This document shows, piece by piece, positions 1 through 11,749 of a stretch of DNA of 64,000 nt; position 1 is the stretch's first letter; the number at the start of each line of letters is the position of its first letter. The notes beneath the pieces are model-generated. The model did not search any database and was not told where the DNA came from. It saw only the letters and a list, made by a program, of their open reading frames with translations. The DNA is from Phoronis australis (taxonomy: Eukaryota; Animalia; Phoronida). The position numbers were made by a program, and so were the translations under genes. The stretch covers positions 373,955 through 437,954 of the forward strand of contig NMRA01000374.1 in the NCBI GenBank assembly GCA_002633005.1, written 5' to 3'.

Positions 1-1738
1 AAAAGAAAAAAGAAATAGCTAGATAGGTCATGTCAGTATTTGTCTGACAGTGTCTTAAGAGGTGGTGTTGGCATATGGTACTTCTTCGCGGACTCCTCAA
101 CAGCATCAGGAGCTGAAAAGCACAGTCCGATAGGTGGAGGGGAGAGCCAAAATGAAGGAGGCTTTGACCGTTTGTCTATGAGATCATGTCCAACTGAATA
201 ACTGATAAAATGCAAGTAGAATCAGTAGAAGCAGGAAAGTAGAAGGATCTGGACCAAGAGCTAGAAGCAGAGTCTGTTGAGAAAGAAATGTGAGACATGA
301 TGAAGATAGAAACTCAAAACAGGAGTGAAATTATAAGAACAAAAATAATGAAGAAAATAACAACTGGTTTGGTCCACAGTAAATTCCAACAAAGCTTACC
401 TGGAGGATAAAGATCAGGGTGAGATTTATGAACAGTCTAGGCAAACCTCAATTGTTCCGTTAAAAACTATATATACTGGCCCGTGGTCAGAAAAAAAGTT
501 TATCGAAAGCATGTATGTTTCAAAGTAGTGGACCACAAAGTCTTGGAAACACAGGACTGCAGTAGAACTGTACATTTGTAATATTTGTTTAATCTAAAAT
601 TAAAACATTTTCATTTTCTATCTTGACATATTCTGAATAAAATGTCATGACCAACAAGGCAAGATGGGTGTGGACTTCTCTGGCAGCAAGCCAACCCAAG
701 TCTATCAGTGGCTTGACCAACAAAAATGTGAAACAAAATAGTAAAAAAAAACTTAAATATAAGAATCATTGTTCTCACTACGAGAAATGACTGTTTAGTT
801 CTCTTTTACATTGAGTTTTCATCAGCAAAAGTTGAAGTGCTTCAGTATTGTAAACCAAACATTCAACGCGATTCACAGGACCACCCCTAGCGGCAGTACC
901 CGGAACTACGAAGTGAGTCAGAAATTCGCCCGATTGTCAGAAATTGACGAAATGTTCGTTTAGAACAAGTGTTTGAAATAGTTCATTAATGAACCCTTTA
1001 GTGCGGAATACAGTTCATTACATTCGCAAATTATTCTATATACCAATAAATTCAGCTCGAAGTTGAAGGTCGCGGGAACAGGCGACTTTTTCAACTTTTA
1101 AGTGCAGGAAAGTGAAAACTACTTACATAATCGTGTTCGCAAGGCTCCCTTTTGTTCTTTCACGAAGTTTCACGTAAAAATTCGCGAGTTTAGTCTTCTC
1201 CTGGGTTGAAAACCAAATAGCACTCATTTTTACCGGCATCCATTTTGGTCTGAAAAATCGGTCACGTCCCTGCAAAAAACTCGTGCAAAGTACTATTAAA
1301 CGAATTTTGCGACAAAAAAAGATTATCAGATAAGTAAAACAATATATTTTTTCATAGTTTGCAATAATTTTTATTCACATTTATTACATTTTTGAGTTAT
1401 TTTTTGCCGATTGTAGTGAGCGAATTTAACACGGTGACAGATACGCGAAGCGATTCGCTGAAGAATGCTGTCCTCGCTATCTATTGAGTCTATTGTCTTG
1501 CAGTTGCACTTGCAGTACAAATGGTGATGCTCACATGGGGGACACCGGAAGCTTTTCGGTGAAGTATGCCTCACACTGATTAAACCATCAAATTCATATT
1601 GCTATAAGTACCTTTTGTGCACAGAGGAACACTTTAGGAGGCTTGTTGGTGTCTTTTAATTCCTTCCAACTCGAACAAATACTAGCGACCACAGGTGTCC
1701 TCAGGCTCAGCTTCTGATCGTCCACAGTACACTATATA

Positions 1739-4431
1739 CCATAATCGTTCGGGTTAACGCCCATGCTCAGTTAACCGCCCATCCCCGACTTTAAGTGGAT
1801 TTTCGATTTAACTGCCCACTGCTCGGTTAAGCTCCCCCCTGCGATTTTTGTAGATTTCCAGTTAAGCGCCCACCTCTCGTTTAAGCGCCCATCCCCGACT
1901 TTTAAAGAATGAAAACTTAGCGCCTAGTGCTAAGGAAACGCTCGATTCCCCGACTTTTAGAAAAAGATCGATGATCACAATGAGTGCAACGACGCCGGGA
2001 CTCCGAGACGGTGGTTTANTCCATGCTCAGTTAACCGCCCATCCCCGACTTTAAGTGGATTTTCGATTTAACCGCCCACTGCTCAGTTAACCGCCCCCCT
2101 GCGATTTTTGAAGATTTCCAGTTAAGCGCCCACCTCTTGGTTAAGCGCCCATCCCTGACTTTTAAAGAATTAAGATTTAGCGCCTAGTGCTAAGGAAACG
2201 CGCGATTCCCCGACTTTTAGAAAAAGATCGATGATCACAATGAGTGCAACGACACCGGGACTCCGAGACGGTGGTTTAGCAATCTGAATTACAATACAGG
2301 TAACGAGTTATTGCCTTGGGTCATGAACTCACTTCATAATATAATGCTTGAACCTTTTTGTCACTTTATTTTCTTCCCTTGTTTGCAAAGTTTAAGAATG
2401 CCGCCGGCGTCAAAACCTCCGCTTAAAGCGACTTTGTCTGCCGCGCTGAGTTTCCGTCTGCAGTGCACTAGATAAAACATATATTCGAAAAAATCAGGCC
2501 AGAGAAATGTGACAATGGTTTTGCCAACCCTCCAAATTCTGTTAAGGTGGGAAGCTCTCGTATTTTGAACAAATCTCACAACTCACGGAATGATGTCAAA
2601 TTCTCAATATTTTGATGAATATAACTGCTGGGTTATAGAGGATGTGGGGCGACCGAAGGGACGGCACAAGTGCCTTACTGGGTTACCGATTTCGTTGCTG
2701 CCTGTCGATTTCTGAATTCAAACGTTGGCAATAATGTATGTTTGTGTATGATCTTGAAGTAAGAAAAAACAGCTAGTCAAATTTTGCTTTTCGCTTATTG
2801 CATCTCGGTCCAACTGGTTAGCAGATTAAACTAATGTCGCTGGCTGTTCTTTACTATTTCTTGCGTCAGCCCCCACGTAAGCGTGACTGTGTGAATTATT
2901 GTTTCCACATCCTCTTTTTAGCCATCCATATTAATTTTGTTTATAATTTGGCCATTTTCAGCCTGAACAAAAATTCTTACCATTCGAGTCTGAAATATCT
3001 ACGACGTAGACTGCTCGACGATAGTGGGTAGGAGATTCACGCAGCTAGTTACAGGGATGGGCTTAGGGAGCATCGAGCCGGGAAATATGGGAATAGACTT
3101 GACATCGCAGTTTTGGGGAACATTGGCAACAGAGGAATATCGTAAAGAACTGGGTCTTTCGTAGCAACAGCTTAAAAGTACATAGTCACGCCCGTTTTTG
3201 TTACTTCGGACTGTTGCTATGTTTGACTGATTTGTAGTGATGCACGTGCGCAAGTTCCCACACTTTGGAGTGCATGTTACCTTGACACCAACATGTGATT
3301 GACAGGTGACTCACACATAGGCNCACATAGGCGTGCGTGCTGAATACCGCCACTATCTTTGGCCATAAAAAACGAGATGCGTATTGAAAGAGGCCGTTAT
3401 ATTACTTGACGGCATTTCCAAGTCACGATTGTCAGCCGACTGAGACATTACACGATAACAGCGGGACCGACCAGTGCCGCAATGCGATATTACAAGTGAT
3501 ATAAATAGGATAATCTGGACATCTTGCATGAAAAATAAATGTTTTTCCACCAAGAAGTTTGGTAACGTGATCGTTTAGAATAATGAATTGAAACATTGCT
3601 GTTTTCTGACATTTTGTAGCATATTTATGCAGTTGCGTGAAATTTTATTCTTGATCGATGACTGGCTCGACCACCCCCGATTCTTGTCTTACTTCTTTGC
3701 ATAGCATGTTTGTCGCAATGGCAAGAGAGCAATGCCGGACTGTCGAGATAAGGCAGCTAGCCGCAGAACCATACGCTGAAAATGTCATTGAGTCACGGAG
3801 TGTCGACTATAACATCCCAAACACAAAAAAACAGCAGAGTTCAGTTTTTCAAACTTTTATTACAACCAATTTTAAAACTGCTCTCTGACTCAGAACTTGA
3901 CAGCTATACATATAGTACGAGACTGTAACCATAAATTTGATGTCTGACCTCTACAACACGTGAAGCTTGCACGCGCGCACTTAAGCAGGGTCACATCTTG
4001 AAACAGTTAATTCTAGTGGAGGCGGAGGCTGCGTGATCACTGGTCGTCTGCGCACCGCAGGACGGCACAGGGCTATTATTCAGCAATTTTGTAAATTTAA
4101 TAGTAAATGACTAATCTGAGGGCAAGAGAACCTTTGTTGGGATCATCCGCTGTTATGACGTTTTCAGTCATTTGGCGACGTGACGATAAAGCTCTTTGAA
4201 AAGGGCTACGCGATCCGAGTATGATTGTCCTGTCCGGATTTAGATCGCCAGGTGAGATTAACCGCCCAGGGCGGTTGTCTGTCATAATAAGCGCCCATGT
4301 ACGGTTAACCGCCCATCCCCCACTTTAGGTGGATTTTCGATTTAACCGCCCACTGCTCGGTTAACCGCCCTCCCCCGATTTTTTGGATTCGCCAATTTAA
4401 CCACCCAGGGCGTTAACCCGAACGATTACTG
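1739..4431. mobile_element. Non-autonomous Tc1/mariner(pogo/Tc2)-type DNA transposon with TIRs and subterminal repeat arrays
   Basis: TA|CCATAATCGTTCGGGTTAACGCCC at 1737-1762 and GGGCGTTAACCCGAACGATTACTG|TA at 4408-4433 are ~24-bp TIRs with TA flanks. Many TTAAC/GCGCCC motifs lie near both ends. No intact transposase ORF. Confidence 0.8.
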
Positions 4432-4433
4432 TA

Positions 4434-7400
4434 AACGTGAGGAAACTGTCCTTAGTTAAGTACGTAATCCTGTAAATACGAGGGTGGGTGGTGAAAACGT
4501 TTCGGTCGACAACAGTCGCTGGCCTCTGTGAGAGCGGGCTGGGCATCAGAGCAAGCGCTGGGTATATCGCAGGGGTTGTCGTCATTAGAACGGTGGCATC
4601 GTCCGGAGGCAGCGACAATGCTTGAGGAACAGGCGGAAGCTGAAGATCAGGAGGCAAAGTGACAGACGAAGAATCGGCGGACGGCATACCAACAGGACGA
4701 GTATCAGTGGAGTACGGTACATCATTGTCATCCCGCGTCGGAGCTGGTGAAGGCAACTCGGCACGTGGAGAGAAAAACTCGGGCACAACATAGCAATCAT
4801 CCAGTTTGACTTTGTATGATGTGGAGCGTAGTTGCGAACCAACAAACTTGCGGATATAACACCAGTCGTCGTCGATGGACACTACCAAGTATCGATCACG
4901 AGCCTTTGTCTTGTCGCGATCTACGTGAAGGTACACTAGATCACCAACAGCCAACGAGGNGCGGACGGCATACCAACAGGACGAGTATCAGTGGAGTACG
5001 GTACGTCATTGTCATCCCGCGTCAGAGAGCTGGTGAAGGCAACTCGGCACGTGGAGAGAAAAACTCGGGCACAACATAGCAATCATCCAGTTTGACTTTG
5101 TATGATGTGGAGCGTAGTTGCGAACCAACAAACTTACCAAGTATCGATCACGAGCCTTTGTCTTGTCGCGATCTACGTGAAGGTACACTAGATCACCAAC
5201 AGCCAACGAGGTAGGGCGAAGCCGGTGTCGTCCCTGGGGATTCTTCGATCTTTCGCTGTGTGAATGATTCGCAGTCCAGGCACGGTATTGTTGTAAGATC
5301 ATTTCTCTGTCAGACACAGGGAGTTGTTCATTGGTATACATGCTGATTTCGCTGGAACCACATTTCTCGAGATGACAAACCGCGAGAGCAAAGACGGGAA
5401 TTGAGTCGGGCTGTGGCGATGCTCAGACTTAGCTTACGTCACTGGACCCCCTCCAGGTTGCTGGCGTAACAACTTGTTCTCAAGTTCAGCAATTGCTTTT
5501 TCTGCAACGGGGTTCTTGTTTGTGTTCTTGACGCGACCAGCTTCTAGACGTATGCCAACTGAGTTTAACAGCTTGTCGTTCTGGAGCGCACAAAACTCAG
5601 GGGCAGTATCGACCCGGACAATGGTCGACAGTCCATCAAGTGGGAGTAGTTCTGACAGGAGTTGGACTAGAGCGTCTCGGAGCACAGTATGTGTCTCAGT
5701 GTAAATAAGACAAGTGAAGGAATATGATGTGACCGTTTCACACACAAGAAGAATCGAGCTGGTGCGAACACTTCAAGACATCTGCGGCAAAGCAAATGCC
5801 TGGAACCTCTGGCGGGTCAGTAGTCGATTGTGGGACAAAAGCACAGGGAGAGGCTTTCAGAGACGCACATACATGGCATGATTCAGAAACACGGTCAATG
5901 GCTTTATCGAGATCTAACGTGTAGAAATGGCGACTGACAACCAGCTTCAGTTGATGCTTGGAAGGGTGGTCAAGCTTGATGTGAATGGCAGAAAGCAACC
6001 CTTTAAGAACAGCCGGGGGCACGACAATTGTCTCAGAAGCACCTGATCTGCAAACAGGGGTTGGCTTCGATGTACAACGAGTAGACCATCACGGGAGATA
6101 GTGGTAACCCTGAGGTAATGCTTCACGTCTGGTAAGGAAATGAGCTTCTTAGAAGGGCGAGTGCCCTGTTTCAAATGAGCATGGACACGTTGAAGATCAG
6201 GACATTCCAACTGAGTAGCAATCTAGGTGGAGCGAGTCGTAAATGGGAGACGAGTCGATCCTTGCAGGATGTCGTCAACGCAGGTATGTCTCACGACAGA
6301 ATCTTCCGTGACAATGATAAACGAACATACTTGGCAATGTGGGTCACTGCAGTCGGGAGCGTTGCGACTCGTGAAGTCTGACGGAATGTTTGCGGAACCA
6401 GCTACATGTGACAAGTGAACCTGGTAGCGGCTGACAATAGACAGAAATGAAGTTACACGAGGACTAGGTGAGAATTCTCCTCTACATAGTTTCTCTACTG
6501 CCTGGACACACGGCTTACTGTCTGTGAGGTGACAAGTCCGATGCTATGATTGGATAATAAACGGACTGAAGTGTTTGATGGCAGCAGCTATAGATAGAGC
6601 CTCAATCTCGAACGGCGGAAAGTGTGCGTTTAATCAATTCTCCCGAAGTTCAGCCAGTATATGAATATGTATATGCATATGTATATGCATATATATATAT
6701 ATATAGCCAAGTGACTTGGTGTTTGCGAAGTTTAGCGATGTAAAACCCAGCAAGACACAGCTTCTGTCCACGTGTGACATAGAGCGTTGCCCCTATTCCA
6801 TGACTAGTGACAGACCCATCCGTGACGATCCACAATTGGTCTGAGGGTCGAGGTAACAGGATGCTCTTGGCAAACGACGGTCTTGGTAGGTGAAAGATGG
6901 AGGTTGCACCTGTCCAGGGCCTGGAGTACACAAGTCCATATTGTAAGGAGATCATCTGGGGTATCCGCGCCACAATATAAGTCTTCAGCCAGTTTTGCGA
7001 CTTTGCCCTCTTGAAGAAGGTCTCCAAGGATGCGACACATGAGTTCTTCAAGTGCAGTTTCTGAGCCGGCAATACCCATGGCAGCACGGGTATAGACACG
7101 CACCCCTTTAAAGGGAGTGCAGATGCTTCAGTATTTCACAGAAGAACAGTCCAATGGTATCTGGTAGAAGACACTGCTGATGAGGTCTGTAACGATGAGG
7201 TACCTCCAGCATACGATGGTGCGAAGTGTGGCATGAGGGACGGTTGGGGCTTGCCGTAACGACCTACATCCACGAAGGCAGTGACTAGACATAACCCACC
7301 GTTTGGCTTCTTCACTAGAAAAGAAGGATTCAGGTACTCGACGGTGATGCCGATGTCCTCCGGTCGACAAAAGATACCTTCCTTCTCAAGATCATCAAAC

Positions 7401-9727
7401 TTCAATGGTTTGTAAATCCACGAGTTTGTAACGAGAATATTGTGGGACACGTCCCTTTCGCTGGGGTGGTTGAACGGGACCCATGTTCACCACAGCTTCG
7501 AATGGACTGGCAGACCCATTGTAGCCAGGAACGCGAGGGCTGAACACCTGGTTGTACTCATTCATGACACTGCAAAACAGTTGTCTGGTCTTAGGTGACA
7601 GCAAACAGTCACGATCCAACACAACAGAGCTCGAATACTGTGTTGTAGGAGATTCTTTGAGAGTACGCATGGAGCTGGTTGGTGGTACAGAGTCCGTGAC
7701 TAGCTGGTAGTTCCGGGCAGTAGCGCAAACTTGACCAAACTGGTTGTTACGAGGGATGTTGTATGGATCCATGGAAGAGTTTACAATCCGAATCTTGCCG
7801 CCTACAGACTCAAATATAGCAGGCTGAGGCCATGGCTTACTTGAGTGGATGCCAGTATCAAGCCGTGGCTCAATGGCGAGGAATCCATCAAGATCAACAT
7901 CTGGTGGGACGGTAATCTCCAAAAAAATCCCCTGGCCACAAAACTGTGGAGTACCTCGGTGATTGTAACAGATGTGACTGCGTGAGGCGGACAAGGTGTG
8001 GGCTTNCCATGGCTTACTTGAGTGGATGCCAGTATCAAGCCGTGGCTCAATGACGAGGAATCCATCAGGATCAACATCTGGTGGGACGGTAATCTCCAAA
8101 AAAATCCCCTGGCCACAAAACTGTGGAGTACCTCGGTGATTGTAACAGATGTGACTGCGTGAGGCGGACAAGGTGTGGGCTTGTGGCAGACTTTGTCCCA
8201 GAGCTGTAGATGATTATGTCAGTCCCTCGCTTTCCTCAGGTCGAACAGCGATATCGTTCGAAGTCATGAATGGGGTCCCAGCTAAAACATCGACGTCCAG
8301 ATCGTCAACGACAAGCGCCTCGAGGAGCAATTTTTGTTCATTTCGGGAAACCAAGAATGATGTTTCTCCGACTACGGACAATGATGACTTGCCATCAGCT
8401 TGGAAAGCGCACTGAGTACTGGGTTTGATGGGGGTGTCGATGAACCTTGCGAAGGATGCAGTCGTCGTGATCGTCCACATTGGCGTCATCTACACTGTGG
8501 TCTTCTGAACAGGTAAGCTGTCGTACCTTACTCATGAAAAGACGATCTTGTGGTTGAAGAAATGGGCATTTGTTGAGAAAATGCTGTGTCTCCGCACGAC
8601 GAGCTTGCACACACAGGGGGCACGATGGTCTGCTAGTTGAGGTCCGTTTGGGTGTGTGGAAGTTAGAGCGTTTTGAGTCGACTTTGCTAGTACTGTTACG
8701 TAGTATCTTGGCATCTGCAGCGTGTTTTATTTTGTCAAGCAACGAGCCCATAGCTTGAGAGATCTCTGGTTTTAGCGTGGCTAGGGTACGAGATCGGAGT
8801 TCAGTGCCGTAACATTGCTTTACTAGGTTAGGGAGGTCAGGATGAAGGAGTTTTAACCATGTGAGAACAACCATGTTCTCTAGTGTGGGGGTCAGCTCTT
8901 CATCTACGGTGACTACTTCGTCGTGATGTCGAATGGTACTGTGGGCCTGTAGTAGACTGTCTTCAACAAATGAGACGAGTCTTTGATACAGGTTTTCTGG
9001 TCGCTCATCAGCTTCGAGGACGATGTTGCTGAAGTCCAAAAAGTGAGCACCGGTAGACTGTAGGCCGTAATGAAAACGAATGGCTTGCCATAGCTTGGCC
9101 AGTGATGTGGAGTTCTTCACTATGGTATTGCAAGAAATTACTGGACAGTAGTTTGCCACTTGGCCAAGCAGGAGCTCCAGGTGTTGACATTTCTGAGCAG
9201 CAGTCCTCCTGTGATCTTCAGGGACGCTATCGCCGTCAGCGACCAAACCCCGGTGAGGTGAGGTAGGACTTCCTCCATGACACGCCGCCAACTAGGAAGT
9301 CAGCAACATTCTTGTCAAGGGATAGTATGTACAGTAGGTTCTGACGCCAAGCCTCAAAAGTTGTTATTGTCTCGTTCTTGGTTAACGACCATTGTTAGTC
9401 GCTCTCTGCGACATGTTGCAGGTGCGAATCAAGTGCAAAACAATGTCACTTGTCATGGTAATTGTGTGGACTAGTTGTAGTGTGAACTGGCTCGTACCCC
9501 TTTGAAATGGGATAGCGTACGCACGCTGCGGTAATTTACGGGGATCGGGCGTAAAGTGCGTTTATATAACGCACCACGCCAGAAGGTAATAGTATATGCA
9601 GAACAAACAACTGTGGACGAAACACTGAGGTTTATTGAGAGCTGAATAGAATGAACGATACCAGCACAAAATGGCAGATGGCAGAGAGAGAGGCCGGGCG
9701 CTGACTACAGCGAAACGACATCTGGCG
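4434..9727 (-). mobile_element. Decayed Ty3/Gypsy LTR retrotransposon (copy 1 of the 'ADD-motif' family)
   Basis: Gag start ~9414 ([22 protein letters not shown]), gag ORF 8395-9291, protease-adjacent region (DVDVLAGTPFM), RT ([32 protein letters not shown]), RNase H (LWIVTDGS), integrase ([21 protein letters not shown]). Multiple frameshifts. The 3' end abuts the TIR element. Confidence 0.93.
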
Positions 9728-10192
9728 GATTGGTGCAGCTTGGCGGGATCCCTTTGATCGTGACCCGAGCGCGACTCAGCCAAGGTGGATAAATACAGTC
9801 TTGCTCAATCTGCCAAAACCCCACCGTTTACCCTGATAGGCGGGGTGTGGACCAATCTTATTTTGTGGGAATGTTTATAGGATGCGTGCTCTGAAAACTC
9901 CATTCAGTCAAAGCAATTGTATTCATTCCAAATCATCAACTCACAAAGATCAATTTTCAAGAGTGACATCAAAACCATATCCAAACTGGAAAATTCAATT
10001 TTTAGTCTATGGCAATGTGGGTATCCTGCTGAATTGAAGCAGATCATTCTTTAATTCTTTATGGTCAGTTCTTAGAGGAAACCTGGCTATATCACTGACA
10101 ATTTAAAATAATTGACACTTAAAAACAAGCATACAAACAAGGTACTATACATTCAGACTACCAAGAATCATACATGTTTCTCTTGACATTAA

Positions 10193-11500
10193 AGGCAAAG
10201 GCAAGCTTTTTTCATGTCATTTTTAGCAAAAATAGGGTTCATTGATTATCCCAGACATATTTTTCACTTATTTACAGCTTTTCGTAATTTAATTAATTAC
10301 TCGTCGTCTTCTCCGGAAGTGACGTTTTGGGAGGCAAGAATTTCGCGCCAATTTCTTTTCATACAGTCTGACTGTGAGAGCAGTTGAGTCGGTCATTTTT
10401 CTACCTCGGTTGTGGTAAGTTCGGTCGTCGTATCTTTTGTTTAGGAGTCAGTCAACATGCCACCCTGTTGCTGCCTACCGAGATGTACTTGTTATCGTCT
10501 CACGTACAGAGGAAGAACTGTTCTACTTGCCGGGTGTCCCGCGACACACTCCCGACGGTGACTTGAGCACCCAAACTGCTTACATCCCACCGTGCCACTC
10601 CCTTGTCACACACGTGGCACCTTCTAAATAGCTTCAATACAAGTCCACAATGAACTTATCAAACTTAGGTTCACCGATCTGTTCACTGGATGACGAACTG
10701 TCCTTTTCACTGGGTGTCAAACTGGGCCTGTATTCACTCCCACTACTCAACATCGCTGCAGGACTGCTTACAGGCTCTGGGCTAGAGACAACGGCACACG
10801 GGGAATCACTGCTAGTTCCTGGAATTTGCACGCTATGGGGTACGTTCGGAGGCATGGGTTACAGTAGATGAAGTGCCTCCAGTCACTGTTTATAGTAGCT
10901 ACAGCTCGCGAGGCTTCTCGCTTCAAAAACGCACTTCACAGGGGTGGCGACGGGGCACTGCCAGGAATCAACAGCGACGGTATGGAACCCTTCTTCAGGC
11001 ATTGTTTCGCAGGAACCTTCATCAATTCAGCGTACATATCTCTGTCGTAATCTGACGGCTGAAAATGCTTGCCACTGCTTTGTACGTTGCGTGAATGGGT
11101 AGCGCTGCGTTCTTCACCGAACGAGCTAGCCAAGTACGGCGAATGTGCCATTCTTCGGAAAGCGATGCAAGGTACCCAAAGCGCATGTGAGACGATAATG
11201 AGTGCATCCTGGTACGCAGCAACAGCGTGGCATGTTGTCTGACTCATAAACAAAAGCAAACGACAACCGAACTTATCACATCCGATGTAGAACAATGATT
11301 GACTTGACAGCTCTCACAAGACTGTATGAAAAGAAATTGGCGCAAAATTCTTGCCTCCCAAAACGTCACTTCCGGAGTAGAGGATGAGTAATTAATTAAA
11401 TTACGAAAAGCTGTAATTAAGTGAAAAACATGTCTGGGATAATCAACAGACCTTATATTTGCCAAAAATGAAATGAAATGAAAAAAGGTTGCCTTCGCCT
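10193..11500 (-). mobile_element. Kolobok-like DNA transposon derivative with THAP zinc-finger remnant
   Basis: TTAA flanks at 10189-10192 and 11501-11504, AGG...CCT termini, ~310-bp imperfect TIRs. The minus strand from 11233 reads MPRCCCVPGC..LHRFPK..RRTWLA..KHFQPSDY..LKKGSIPSL across frameshifts (THAP C2CH signature). Confidence 0.82.
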
Positions 11501-11749
11501 TTAAGTGATTGTCTCCCCCTAATGTGTCTGGGTAGAATTCCACAGCCACACACCATAAGATCAGAGAGAATCTAGACAATACAAAACAAATTTTAGGGCA
11601 CTGTACTTAATTTTTGTGAGTTTGCTAGAGAGTGTGAGCCACAAAAGCACTGTGTCAGTTTGCCCAAAAGCTTTAACTTGTAGCCAATAAAGCATCAGTA
11701 ATGCTGAACATCGCAACAGACTGCATAACATCACAACAGACTGCTTAAC

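Noticed and set aside
1-420. Possible coding or LINE fragment on the minus strand
   Set aside because: Short low-complexity ORF with no recognisable motif.
1761-2280. ~260-bp tandem duplication
   Set aside because: Joined at a single N (2019); likely an assembly overlap artefact.
7829-8183. Duplicated segment in the Gypsy pol ORF (and a similar one at 4677-5208)
   Set aside because: Both are centred on single Ns (8006, 4960); probably scaffolding artefacts.
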